Shown here piece after piece: positions 22,791 to 30,716 of a stretch of DNA of 64,000 bases. The notes under the pieces were generated by a model, which made no database searches, was not told the DNA's origin, and was given only the letters and a program-made list of their open reading frames with translations. Source of the stretch: Bacteroidia bacterium. GTDB taxonomy: Bacteria > Bacteroidota > Bacteroidia > NS11-12g > UBA9320. The stretch covers positions 416,723-480,722 of the forward strand of contig CBDCFW010000006.1 of the NCBI GenBank assembly GCA_965216465.1, given 5' to 3'. Position 1 is the first letter of the stretch. Each line of letters opens with the position of its first letter. The translations under genes and the position numbers were made by a program.

Positions 22791-23423
22791 ATGAAAATCA
22801 AGCTCGCTGCACTTTTCGGAAAACTGGTGTTAGGTTTTGTGTTGCTGACTATTGTTGGAACGGTTTCACACGAATTGGGCCATTACATTCCCGCATGGTA
22901 TTTTGATCTTGACCCGGAGTTACATTATGCTAGCGTATCGCATAGTGTTTACCCTCCAGTTGGAACTGCTGAATACGACCATTATGTTAAGCAAAATAGA
23001 CTGGTAAAGATCGGAGGTCCATTGCAGACCATGCTCACAGGCACTTTGGGAATAGTTATTTTATTCTATCGAAGGAAGTCCATCAGTACTTTTGGTTTGA
23101 AAACGGTCGATTGGCTAGCTATATTCTTGGCTTTGTTCTGGGCACGTGAGGTATTCAATCCGATGGTATCAATAGCCATTGAACTCTTTAACCCCAACGG
23201 TTTTTGGTTCGGCGGCGACGAAGCAAGAATATCCAGATCATTTGGTTGGCATTATGCTATTGTTCCAGTTGTTACTGGAATTCTTGGACTTTTTGCTTGC
23301 CTTTACATTTTGTCCATAATCCCAAAACGAATTCTACCTACTTTCATCCTAGGCGGACTTGTTGGATGTGCTTTGGGTTGGTTGGTTTGGATGAAGTGGT
23401 TGGGGGTGGTGGTGATGCCGTGA
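22791..23423 (+). CDS. hypothetical membrane protein
   Basis: 210 aa with several transmembrane segments. Confidence 0.4.
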   Translation: MKIKLAALFGKLVLGFVLLTIVGTVSHELGHYIPAWYFDLDPELHYASVSHSVYPPVGTAEYDHYVKQNRLVKIGGPLQTMLTGTLGIVILFYRRKSISTFGLKTVDWLAIFLALFWAREVFNPMVSIAIELFNPNGFWFGGDEARISRSFGWHYAIVPVVTGILGLFACLYILSIIPKRILPTFILGGLVGCALGWLVWMKWLGVVVMP

Positions 23424-23669
23424 TTATGATGCATTTATTAGTCAAAGATACGATTTCATACTTTGTAGTTTTACTGCAATTCTATGTCTGTTCTTGGGAT
23501 TGCAGTGAAAATAATGATGTTCGAAGGAAAATGAACAACTTGTCTTAATCCTCTCGATGCCTCTTACTGTATTGCAACAGTAAGTAGGCTTGATAAAGTA
23601 TAAGTCTATTTTCATCGAAATTCATTGGTCTGGTAAATTAATGACAATAAAAAACAGTAAATTTATTTT

Positions 23670-24323
23670 ATGAAACCTATATCTTATAATATACCTCGCA
23701 ATAAAGACTGCGTACCGTTTTATACAGATGCAGAAGGCATCACAAAGTTAAAAATTGAATTTCTTCAAGGTGCTAAAAGCTATCTGTACCTACGAAAGGG
23801 AGAGGCATTTGGAGAGATTGCCCTTATGTTACAAGAGGCTATTAATCAGGGTCCAGACCAGCTGATGCTTTTGCTCAACTCGGTTGAATCTAGTGTAAAT
23901 CATACAATAAGCAGCTTGGAAGCCCTTGATCCAAAAGAGCTATACATTTGGTACAAATTACTTAGTAAGGGTGCTGAGTTGTCTGCCAAAGCATTTTCCA
24001 ATATTTTAAAAGTTTTTAAACCAAAGAAATCAATGGCAATGAATATCGACATTAAAATTCTATGTAATCCACAAATAGAAAAAGGAGAATCCGTTGAGTG
24101 GTGGGAGAACTTAGGCCATAATAAGAAGTATTACAATGAAAGTCTTCTTGCCTCGGATTACCGAATTTTTCTTAACGACGAGCGTTATGCAACTTTTTTT
24201 AGACGTCCGAATTCAATGTTTGTAGGTCACATTGGTAAAGATAAAAAAACTAAACACGAGCTAGAGCAAATGTTTTTGGAGCAATGGAATAACCCAGAAT
24301 TTTCCAATTTCCCGAAAGAATAG
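23670..24323 (+). CDS. hypothetical protein
   Basis: 217-aa ORF followed by a strong terminator. Confidence 0.4.
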   Translation: MKPISYNIPRNKDCVPFYTDAEGITKLKIEFLQGAKSYLYLRKGEAFGEIALMLQEAINQGPDQLMLLLNSVESSVNHTISSLEALDPKELYIWYKLLSKGAELSAKAFSNILKVFKPKKSMAMNIDIKILCNPQIEKGESVEWWENLGHNKKYYNESLLASDYRIFLNDERYATFFRRPNSMFVGHIGKDKKTKHELEQMFLEQWNNPEFSNFPKE

Positions 24324-24351
24324 AAACTCAAGCCCTTACAAGTAATAACTT

Positions 24352-24399
24352 AAGGCATATGAGAGCAATCTAACAAGTTAGATTGCTCTCATATGCCTT
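24352..24399 (+). terminator. long perfect hairpin (22-bp stem) terminator-like element
   Basis: AAGGCATATGAGAGCAATCTAAC-AAG-GTTAGATTGCTCTCATATGCCTT directly after the 23670-24323 gene. Confidence 0.6.
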
Positions 24400-24643
24400 G
24401 CTATTCCCAGATTATTAGTTCCCTACAAAACCTAATTATAGTGCTAGAAGATATCTTCATCACGAGGTTATTCACTATTTCTAAGTCGGTTTTACTTTTT
24501 GAACCTAAATAGATTCGTAAATAGAAAATATGACCTTAGTAGTTGAGCGATTTTTGATTCGAAACCATCAATATCTTCACAAACCTATTTTTACTATCAC
24601 CCCCCCTTGCAATTCCACCCCACCACCCCTACCTTAGACCCAC

Positions 24644-25492
24644 ATGAAACTCCTCCTCCGCTTTCTAAAAATATTAGCTCTTCTATATATCCTCATTTGT
24701 ACCCTGCTCTACTTCTTCCAAGAAAAGCTGATTTTCTTTCCGCAGAAACTTGAACAAGACTACCAGTTTAGTTTTGAGCAAGAGCGAGAATTTGAGGAAC
24801 TGTTTTTTGAAGCAGAAGATGGAACTAAACTGCACGGCATATTCTTTAAGGGGGTTAATGCGGTTAATGGGGTTAATGGGGTTAATGGGGTTAATGGGAA
24901 AGATAGCTCCAAAGGACTTATCTTCTACCTCCACGGTAACGGAAGCTCACTCAGCTCGTGGGGAAACGTAGCTAACACCTACACCAAACTCAATTACGAT
25001 GTCTTCATCCTCGACTATCGAGGCTACGGAAAAAGTGGTGGAAGCATAACCAGTCAAGAACAACTGTATGCCGATAACCAGTTGATATACAACGACTTTA
25101 ATAAAAGATACGACGAAAACAAGATTACCCTTCTCGGCTATTCTATCGGATCTGGAATGGCAGCTCATCTTGCATCCACCAACACTCCAAAACAACTTAT
25201 CCTTCAAGCTCCGTATTATAGCTTAACAGACCTCATGAAGAAGAAGTATGCCATCATCCCTCCCTTCATTCTGAGGTATAAATTCGAAACCAATGAATAC
25301 CTCAAAGACTGCAACATGCCCATCACCGTTTTTCACGGCACCAACGATAAAGTGATATACTACAGCTCATCCATCAAACTCAAAAAGGACTTTAATCAAA
25401 TCAAACTCTTCCCGCTTGAGGGTCGAGGACACAACGGCATGACAGACAATCCTATCTACCAACAAGAAATTGAACAAATCTTAATGGAGTAA
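24644..25492 (+). CDS. alpha/beta hydrolase with in-frame (GVN)5 repeat
   Basis: GYSIGSG nucleophile elbow and a HGTND...GHN catalytic-triad context. Contains a VNAVNGVNGVNGVNG repeat. Confidence 0.65.
   Translation: MKLLLRFLKILALLYILICTLLYFFQEKLIFFPQKLEQDYQFSFEQEREFEELFFEAEDGTKLHGIFFKGVNAVNGVNGVNGVNGKDSSKGLIFYLHGNGSSLSSWGNVANTYTKLNYDVFILDYRGYGKSGGSITSQEQLYADNQLIYNDFNKRYDENKITLLGYSIGSGMAAHLASTNTPKQLILQAPYYSLTDLMKKKYAIIPPFILRYKFETNEYLKDCNMPITVFHGTNDKVIYYSSSIKLKKDFNQIKLFPLEGRGHNGMTDNPIYQQEIEQILME
24851..24898 (+). repeat. 5 x 9-bp tandem repeat GGGGTTAAT (in-frame, inside hydrolase gene)
   Basis: Direct reading: ggggttaatgcggttaatggggttaatggggttaatggggttaatggg. Confidence 0.9.
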
Positions 25493-25549
25493 GAACCAAC
25501 TTTACCCGGTTATGACACCTGCAGAACATTCCAAACCTACATTTGAGCA

Positions 25550-26104
25550 ATGAACTCTATACCTCGTATTCTTCTCGTTCTAATGTTCATCTGTCCAATT
25601 TTCTTTGTGCACTGTGGCTCCGATTGTATTGGTTTAACTACTTACCAATTCTCAGGATTAAATGCGGAGCTATCTGTTTCAACAGACCAAACAAATTTTA
25701 GTCAAATGTTCGTTGAACTACGCTTAGTAGACAGCTTCATACGTTCAGAAATGATTAGCTCTACAACAATTGGAGTAAACGAGATTTTAGCTACAGACCC
25801 GTGTCAACCACTTAATGACTATACCAACCCTGCTGATTCATTCAAAGTGATTTGTTCGAAAATCTATAATGACTCAGTTCAGACCAACATAGGTGACATT
25901 CTTTCTGAACGTCGAAAAGGGCCAATAAACAAGTTAGTGCAACAACCAGTTCGTGATGGGTACTATAGCAATGAAAATAGATATTGGCTTAACTTCACAT
26001 CACCTCCTTCTCGACTCGACACCTTCGACCTCTTATTTACCAGCTACCACTCCGATGGGCAAATTTTTAGAGACACGATCTACGATGTTATCATTTCTCC
26101 TTAG
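25550..26104 (+). CDS. hypothetical secreted protein
   Basis: Signal peptide, 184 aa. Confidence 0.4.
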   Translation: MNSIPRILLVLMFICPIFFVHCGSDCIGLTTYQFSGLNAELSVSTDQTNFSQMFVELRLVDSFIRSEMISSTTIGVNEILATDPCQPLNDYTNPADSFKVICSKIYNDSVQTNIGDILSERRKGPINKLVQQPVRDGYYSNENRYWLNFTSPPSRLDTFDLLFTSYHSDGQIFRDTIYDVIISP

Positions 26105-26150
26105 GCCTCATTTAGCAAATCAAAACTTACCTTTGACCCAGAATACCAAC

Positions 26151-26768
26151 ATGACCATCCAACAATCACTCTCCTTCTTACGTCCAGACCTGGCTGAAAA
26201 AATCATTCAAGAATCGACGGTAATGGACTTCCCAAAAGGGACCGAAATCCTTCGAGAAGCACAATACGTTAAAGTATTGCCCATTGTTATTTCTGGCTTG
26301 GTTAAGGTCTATTCGCGGTTCGACATTCGAGAGTTGCTATTGTACTACATTGAGCCATCACAAAGCTGTGTGATGTCGTTTTATGCTGCTCTTAAAAATA
26401 CGCCGAGCAAGGTGTTTGCAGTAACAGAAGAAGATTCTCAAATTCTATTGCTGCCCGTCGAATCGCTACCGAAATGGCTAAAAGAATATCCAGACCTAAA
26501 CGAGTTGTTTTATACCCAATACAACCTAAGGTATACCGAACTGCTCGACACTATTGGACATTTGCTTATTCACAGAATGGACAAGCGCGTGTACGACCAC
26601 CTCAAGAAAAAAATTGACCTTTCAGACAAAGACTCAATTAAAATGAGCCATGGTCAAATCGCTAACGAGTTGGGAACCGCAAGAGAGGTAATTACACGTG
26701 TGCTCAAAAAGCTCGAAATAGATGAAAAAATCACCCAAGAAGCTGGTGTCATTAGAATAATCAGTTGA
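26151..26768 (+). CDS. Crp/Fnr-family transcriptional regulator (start moved to MTIQQ)
   Basis: cNMP-binding-like N-terminus and a C-terminal HTH (SHGQIANELGTAREVITRVLKKLE). The ORF upstream of the internal Met overlaps the previous gene. Confidence 0.7.
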   Translation: MTIQQSLSFLRPDLAEKIIQESTVMDFPKGTEILREAQYVKVLPIVISGLVKVYSRFDIRELLLYYIEPSQSCVMSFYAALKNTPSKVFAVTEEDSQILLLPVESLPKWLKEYPDLNELFYTQYNLRYTELLDTIGHLLIHRMDKRVYDHLKKKIDLSDKDSIKMSHGQIANELGTAREVITRVLKKLEIDEKITQEAGVIRIIS

Positions 26769-26841
26769 AAGTGACTACAGTCACTGCACAGCCTTTCTCC
26801 CTATTCTACCTTTGAACTGTAATTAAAAAATAGTTTCAATT

Positions 26842-27045
26842 ATGAGAAAAAATATGGGTTCAGCAGACCGACTAATTAGAGTAATTATCGCTGCAATTAT
26901 TGGTGTTCTATATTTCACAAACGTCATTACAGGCACATTAGGAATTGTTCTCCTTGTTCTTGCTGGAGTATTCCTTTTAACCAGCTTTATCAGCTTCTGC
27001 CCACTGTATGCTCCTTTCGGATTGAGTACTTGTAAGACCAAGTAA
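26842..27045 (+). CDS. DUF2892 (YgaP-like) small inner-membrane protein
   Basis: MRKNMGSADRLIRVIIAAIIG...FCPLY signature of DUF2892. Confidence 0.6.
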   Translation: MRKNMGSADRLIRVIIAAIIGVLYFTNVITGTLGIVLLVLAGVFLLTSFISFCPLYAPFGLSTCKTK

Positions 27046-27146
27046 ATTACTTAGCCTAAAGTAAAACCCCAGGATTAATAAGTTTTAGCGACTCGGAGGA
27101 ACAAAGAGGAAAAGAGGGGTTTATCCTCACTTTCGGGTCGCTATTT

Positions 27147-28877
27147 TTATCCAAGCTCAATTCCCTCCGACCATTCCAATCCACTCGCAAGTTTTGCAGA
27201 AGAAAACTCCAAATGAAGCACCCTCCTTTTTTTGGGGTTGCTAGACTTCGAACTTTTGTGAAGCAATAAAGGCTTCATGAGCATGATCCCTCCGGCTTCT
27301 ATTTCTATCGGGATAGGATCAGTATTCTCGGTGATAAGCTTCCGTTCTGCATCACTGTGTATCTTTTTGTGTGAACCAGGAATTACCTGCAAGCCGCCAC
27401 CATTCTTTGGACTAACATCATCCAAATAAATACGCAAGGTGAATGTATTTTGATTAATCTCAATCGGTGGATTCACACTTACGATTCCTTCCTTGCTTGT
27501 CCAACCGGTGTATCCCTTCACCAACTTCTTCTTCACGACATTTATAGCTCGATCTTGATGCCAGGTAACATACCAATTAGCCTTTTCGGTCTTGTTAAAA
27601 AAAATTGATTTACACAGCTGAGCATCCTTATCGATTGATTTAATAACCTTAAGAACTCCTTTGGTAATCACCAGATCCAGTAAGTTCGGATGTTTATTCA
27701 ATAAAGCCCTTTCAGAAAATTTATCAGGATTCGCTTGAAGTTGTAAGGCTTTATCCAGAGCCCTGCTTAACCTTTTTATTTCACGCAAGCTGAGAACATG
27801 GTTTAGGATGGCATATCCCTTATGTTCTAACTGTTTGCCTGCTGCCTTAATATTCTTATCGGTTAACTCGGTAGTATAGTTGCTTACACTTTGTTTTAGT
27901 CTATCCTCAATTCTTCGTTGCAAATCAGCAGGTTGCAAAACCTTCACCGATTCACCATACGAAAGAATCTCTTTCTCCAGCTCAAAATTGTGCTGCACCT
28001 TCAGTGCTATAACTACACCAAAATTATCTCTTTTGATTACGGTTTGCGAATGGTGCAGCGGCTTGGTAATAATGTAAGGTGCATGAGCATGATCAATAAA
28101 TATTTCTACATCCATAAGTGGAGCATTGGGAGAAACCGATACCCCAATCGCATTTCTAAAATAGGCTGCAGTATCAAAACTGTCATCCATTCTATAAGCA
28201 GATTTTCCAGCAGAAAGATTAACGATACGATCCAAGGCCAGGTTCAATATCCCTTCGGCCTTATGCTTACAACCAATCACAAACCATCTATTTCTAAACT
28301 CTTTGAGTAAGTACGGATGAAAATCAAATGAATTGGCCTTTCGAGCCTTAAATGATTTATAAGTGAGGTTGATTGTTCGTTTCTTGATAATGGCATTGTA
28401 GATCGTGTCGAGGTATTCCAATCCCTTTAAGTTCTCATTCTTCTCGAAATCAATCACCGGTTTAGTAGCTGTTTTCTGCGAATAAATGTGATCTTCCAAC
28501 TTCTGAACCATGCCATCCAATTCTCTAAAGTGAGAGAATCCCTGAAACTGCTTCATAAACTCAACTGCTTCGGTGAGCTTCCCTAAATCTTGTTCAGTAA
28601 GTGGAATATTGGTAATCGAATAATCTGCATCTTCATAGGTGTAGTACTTCTTATCCAATACAATTATCGGAGCAAAGTAACCCAGCTTATCGCTTCGCAT
28701 AATTTGGATATCGGCTTGTACCGTCCGTTTACTTACCCCTTTGTCGATCCCCTCGTATTCATATAGTGCATCTGAGCATGCTTCAATCAAGTCTTCCAAC
28801 GTCCATTTTCTGTATCTGTTCTGCAGACATTGATCAATGGTTTTGTAGCGTATGAGTGCATTCTTATTTACCGACAT
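27147..28877 (-). CDS. wHTH-WYL domain regulator fused to PhyH/EctD-like Fe(II)/2-oxoglutarate dioxygenase domain
   Basis: N-terminus NALIRYKTIDQCLQNRYRKWTLEDL (wHTH) and a WYL-like block FHPYLLKEFRNRWFVIG. C-terminus has WHQD...PGSHK...R, which is the PhyH-type HxD...H...R iron/2OG triad. Confidence 0.65.
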   Translation of the reverse strand: MSVNKNALIRYKTIDQCLQNRYRKWTLEDLIEACSDALYEYEGIDKGVSKRTVQADIQIMRSDKLGYFAPIIVLDKKYYTYEDADYSITNIPLTEQDLGKLTEAVEFMKQFQGFSHFRELDGMVQKLEDHIYSQKTATKPVIDFEKNENLKGLEYLDTIYNAIIKKRTINLTYKSFKARKANSFDFHPYLLKEFRNRWFVIGCKHKAEGILNLALDRIVNLSAGKSAYRMDDSFDTAAYFRNAIGVSVSPNAPLMDVEIFIDHAHAPYIITKPLHHSQTVIKRDNFGVVIALKVQHNFELEKEILSYGESVKVLQPADLQRRIEDRLKQSVSNYTTELTDKNIKAAGKQLEHKGYAILNHVLSLREIKRLSRALDKALQLQANPDKFSERALLNKHPNLLDLVITKGVLKVIKSIDKDAQLCKSIFFNKTEKANWYVTWHQDRAINVVKKKLVKGYTGWTSKEGIVSVNPPIEINQNTFTLRIYLDDVSPKNGGGLQVIPGSHKKIHSDAERKLITENTDPIPIEIEAGGIMLMKPLLLHKSSKSSNPKKRRVLHLEFSSAKLASGLEWSEGIELG

Positions 28878-28933
28878 AAATTTTTATTGCTGATTATCAG
28901 CGTTTTACAATAATTTTTTCAAAGATAAAACTT

Positions 28934-28954
28934 CTACGCAAAAACACTGCGTAG
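28934..28954. promoter_or_regulatory. palindromic operator CTACGCA-N7-TGCGTAG (copy 1), in the divergent region between the WYL gene and the tRNA array
   Basis: Direct reading. The same 7-7-7 palindrome plus downstream AATCTTTGTA...ACAAAACG recurs at 32621-32641. Confidence 0.7.
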
Positions 28955-29019
28955 TTCGATTAAAATCTTTGTATAACAAAACGGAGGAAACTCTAAAATT
29001 ACGTTCATTTATATAAACT

Positions 29020-29043
29020 CCCTCGAGCAATCGGGCTCGAGGG
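29020..29043. other. GC-rich hairpin CCCTCGAGC-AATCGG-GCTCGAGGG, 19 nt upstream of the first tRNA
   Basis: Perfect 9-bp stem read directly. Confidence 0.5.
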
Positions 29044-29061
29044 ATTGATAAACAATACTTT

Positions 29062-29142
29062 GCCCTTATGGCGGAATGGCATACGCAGCAGTCTTAGAAA
29101 CTGTGGCCGCAAGGCATGTAGGTTCAACTCCTACTAGGGGCA
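29062..29142 (+). tRNA. tRNA-Leu (anticodon TAG), class II
   Basis: Hand-folded cloverleaf: acceptor GCCCTTA/TAGGGGC, anticodon loop CTTAGAA, long variable arm, T-loop GGTTCAACTCC. Confidence 0.75.
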
Positions 29143-29143
29143 C

Positions 29144-29217
29144 TTTGGGATGGTCTAACGGAAGGACGGGTGGTTTTGAGCCACTAAGTGGAGGTTCGAC
29201 CCCTTCTCCCAAAACCA
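29144..29217 (+). tRNA. tRNA-Gln (TTG), U1:A72, encoded CCA
   Basis: Acceptor TTTGGGA/TCCCAAA, loop TTTTGAG, T-arm GGAGGTTCGACCCCTTC, 3' ACCA. Confidence 0.7.
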
Positions 29218-29226
29218 AGTATATAT

Positions 29227-29302
29227 CTAGATGTAGGGGAGTCAGGCTTTTCCCGCTCGCTTTGGACGCGAGAGCACGTTGGTTCGAATCCAGCCATCTA
29301 GA
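29227..29302 (+). tRNA. tRNA-Pro (TGG), enlarged D-loop
   Basis: Acceptor CTAGATG/CATCTAG, anticodon stem CTCGC/GCGAG, loop TTTGGAC, T-arm GTTGGTTCGAATCCAGC. Confidence 0.65.
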
Positions 29303-29304
29303 CT

Positions 29305-29376
29305 GTGACTGTAGTATAACGGCAAATACACCAGGTTGTGACCTTGGTTATGAGAGTTCGATTCTCTCCAGTCACC
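29305..29376 (+). tRNA. tRNA-His (GTG)
   Basis: Acceptor GTGACTG/CAGTCAC with C discriminator, loop TTGTGAC, T-arm GAGAGTTCGATTCTCTC. Confidence 0.7.
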
Positions 29377-29381
29377 AAAAT

Positions 29382-29453
29382 GCTCCTATAGCATAATGGT
29401 TAGTGCAGCAGGTTTTCAACCTGAAGATTAGGGTTCAATTCCCTGTAGGAGTA
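29382..29453 (+). tRNA. tRNA-Glu (TTC)
   Basis: Acceptor GCTCCTA/TAGGAGT, loop TTTTCAA, T-arm TAGGGTTCAATTCCCTG. Confidence 0.7.
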
Positions 29454-29458
29454 CAAAT

Positions 29459-29530
29459 ACAGATGTGGCCGAACGGATAGGCACTCCGCTTCTAACGGAG
29501 CACATAAGGGTTCGAATCCTTTCATCTGTA
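29459..29530 (+). tRNA. tRNA-Arg (TCT)
   Basis: Acceptor ACAGATG/CATCTGT, anticodon stem CTCCG/CGGAG, loop CTTCTAA. Confidence 0.7.
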
Positions 29531-29533
29531 CAT

Positions 29534-29601
29534 GGGCAAGCAAGCAGGATAGAATGAGTCTTCGAAACTCTAGTCGGTAGGTTCGAATCCTACCTTGCTC
29601 A
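29534..29601 (+). tRNA. short (68-nt) atypical tRNA, anticodon loop CTTCGAA (TCG, Arg-like), reduced D-arm
   Basis: Acceptor GGGCAAG/CTTGCTC, T-arm GTAGGTTCGAATCCTAC. Only a 4-bp anticodon stem, and a ~12-nt D region. Confidence 0.45.
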
Positions 29602-29606
29602 CAAAT

Positions 29607-29680
29607 GGGGTAGATACACAAGTGGCTCGCACCTTGCACTTGCAATGCGAGGGTTGTCGGTTCAAGACCGACCTACTCCA
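29607..29680 (+). tRNA. tRNA-Ala (TGC) with G3:U70 identity pair
   Basis: Acceptor GGGGTAG/CTACTCC (G3:T70), loop CTTGCAA, T-arm GTCGGTTCAAGACCGAC. Confidence 0.75.
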
Positions 29681-29686
29681 CAAAAT

Positions 29687-29758
29687 TGAGATGTAGCTCA
29701 GAGGCAGAGCAGTCGGCTGTTAACCGTCAGGACGAGATTTCGAAACTCTCCATCTCAG
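29687..29758 (+). tRNA. tRNA-Asn (GTT), U1:A72
   Basis: Acceptor TGAGATG/CATCTCA, D-arm TAGCTCAGAGGCAGAGC, loop CTGTTAA. Mismatches in the anticodon stem and T-stem. Confidence 0.6.
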
Positions 29759-29764
29759 CAAATC

Positions 29765-29841
29765 GGTTTAGTGTGCTCTACTGGTGTAGGGATTTAGCTT
29801 GTCACGCTTCAAAAACGAGGGTTCGAAACCCTCCTAGACCG
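29765..29841 (+). tRNA. aberrant tRNA-like gene, anticodon loop TTGTCAC (GTC, Asp-like), poor anticodon stem
   Basis: Acceptor GGTTTAG/CTAGACC and T-arm GAGGGTTCGAAACCCTC are clean. The D region contains an extra hairpin CTCTAC-TGGT-GTAGGG, and the anticodon stem has only 3 bp. Confidence 0.4.
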
Positions 29842-29848
29842 CAAATAT

Positions 29849-29922
29849 TCCTCTATAGCTCAGATGGTGGTAGCACTCGGCTTTTAACCGAGGGGTCCTA
29901 GGTTCAAGTCCTAGTGGGGGAA
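29849..29922 (+). tRNA. tRNA-Lys (TTT), U1:A72
   Basis: Acceptor TCCTCTA/TGGGGGA, anticodon stem CTCGG/CCGAG, loop CTTTTAA, T-arm CTAGGTTCAAGTCCTAG. Confidence 0.7.
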
Positions 29923-29930
29923 CATTTTAT

Positions 29931-30007
29931 TGAGTAGTAACCGCCCAGTCTGATATGCTGGAGTTAGGTAATGGTTGTAAATGTTGGTTCGAATCCGACC
30001 TACTCAA
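29931..30007 (+). tRNA. aberrant tRNA-like gene (perfect acceptor and T-arm, no canonical D/anticodon arms); isotype undetermined
   Basis: Acceptor TGAGTAG/CTACTCA, T-arm GTTGGTTCGAATCCGAC. The interior holds a CCAG-N9-CTGG hairpin and no 5-bp/7-nt anticodon arm. Confidence 0.35.
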
Positions 30008-30016
30008 CTTAAATAT

Positions 30017-30093
30017 TGTGGAGTGATTACGATTGGTAAGTAGGCGGTCTCATAAGCCGAGGTATGTGGATTCGATTTCCACCTCCGCAACCA
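30017..30093 (+). tRNA. tRNA-Met (CAT), encoded CCA
   Basis: Acceptor TGTGGAG/CTCCGCA, loop CTCATAA, T-arm GTGGATTCGATTTCCAC, 3' ACCA. Confidence 0.6.
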
Positions 30094-30094
30094 T

Positions 30095-30165
30095 GCGAGT
30101 GAAGCATTTCGGTAATGCACCTGCCTTCCAAGTAGGAGAGCTAGGTTCGACTCCTAGTACTCGCA
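30095..30165 (+). tRNA. tRNA-Gly (TCC)
   Basis: Acceptor GCGAGTG/TACTCGC, anticodon stem CCTGC/GTAGG, loop CTTCCAA, T-arm CTAGGTTCGACTCCTAG. Confidence 0.7.
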
Positions 30166-30170
30166 CTTAT

Positions 30171-30244
30171 TGGCCTTTAGCTTATGCGGTAGAAGCCCCT
30201 CACTCATAATGAGGAGATAGATGGTTCGAATCCATCAAGGCCAA
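30171..30244 (+). tRNA. tRNA with CAT anticodon (Met or Ile2/lysidine), U1:A72
   Basis: Acceptor TGGCCTT/AAGGCCA, D-arm GCTT...AAGC, anticodon stem CCTCA/TGAGG, loop CTCATAA. Confidence 0.7.
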
Positions 30245-30249
30245 CATTT

Positions 30250-30324
30250 AGTTCACTAGCCCAAATGGAAGAGGCAACGGGTTTAAGCCCCGTACAGGTC
30301 TGAGTTCGAATCTCAGGTGAACTA
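30250..30324 (+). tRNA. class-I-shaped tRNA with anticodon TAA (reads UUA, Leu) - atypical short variable arm
   Basis: Acceptor AGTTCAC/GTGAACT, anticodon stem ACGGG/CCCGT, loop TTTAAGC, a 5-6 nt variable region, T-arm CTGAGTTCGAATCTCAG. Confidence 0.55.
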
Positions 30325-30329
30325 CAAAC

Positions 30330-30399
30330 ATACTTCTGGCGATGGCAGCCGTTTGGTCTCCAAAACCAAAAGAACAAGGTTCGATTCCTTGGGAGTATG
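30330..30399 (+). tRNA. tRNA-Trp (CCA), short D-arm
   Basis: Acceptor ATACTTC/GGAGTAT, anticodon stem TTGGT/ACCAA, loop CTCCAAA, T-arm CAAGGTTCGATTCCTTG. Confidence 0.65.
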
Positions 30400-30404
30400 C
30401 ATAA

Positions 30405-30478
30405 GATAGGATGGCTGAGTGGTTTAAAGCGGCAGACTGCAAATCTGTTATTCAGGAGTTCGAATCTCCTTCCTATCT
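30405..30478 (+). tRNA. tRNA-Cys (GCA) with U73 discriminator
   Basis: Acceptor GATAGGA/TCCTATC plus T, anticodon stem GCAGA/TCTGT, loop CTGCAAA, T-arm AGGAGTTCGAATCTCCT. Confidence 0.7.
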
Positions 30479-30483
30479 CACTT

Positions 30484-30556
30484 GCGACTTAAGCTAACCT
30501 GGTGGAAGCATTGGTCTGAAAAACCAAAGGGCGAGGATCGTAACCTCGAAGTCGCA
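30484..30556 (+). tRNA. tRNA-Phe (GAA), unusual T-loop ATCGTAA
   Basis: Acceptor GCGACTT/AAGTCGC, anticodon stem TTGGT/ACCAA, loop CTGAAAA, T-arm CGAGGATCGTAACCTCG. Confidence 0.65.
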
Positions 30557-30562
30557 CAATAT

Positions 30563-30634
30563 GGGTTATGGTAGTGGCATCCAGCCGAGACTGTAAATCT
30601 CTAGCCTTGTAGGGTTCGAATCCCTGCTAACCCA
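30563..30634 (+). tRNA. tRNA with GTA anticodon (Tyr) but short variable arm and irregular D-arm - atypical for bacteria
   Basis: Acceptor GGGTTAT/CTAACCC (one mismatch), anticodon stem GAGA/TCTC, loop CTGTAAA, a 7-nt variable region, T-arm TAGGGTTCGAATCCCTG. Confidence 0.5.
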
Positions 30635-30639
30635 CACAA

Positions 30640-30711
30640 GCTATCTAAGCATTAATGGTGATGCACTGGCCTTGTAAACCAGATAAATAGGTTCGATTCC
30701 TATAGGTAGCT
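30640..30711 (+). tRNA. tRNA-Thr (TGT)
   Basis: Acceptor GCTATCT/AGGTAGC, D-arm GCAT...ATGC, loop CTTGTAA, T-arm ATAGGTTCGATTCCTAT. Confidence 0.6.
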
Positions 30712-30716
30712 CATTT

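Noticed and set aside
24851-24898. Short direct repeats that might suggest a CRISPR array
   Set aside because: The units are 9 bp, contiguous, without spacers, and in-frame inside a hydrolase gene. This is a coding minisatellite, not CRISPR.
25953-26150. Upstream extension of the Crp/Fnr ORF to a Met at 25953
   Set aside because: The extension overlaps the preceding gene and is non-domain sequence. The internal Met at 26151 gives a standard-length Crp/Fnr protein.
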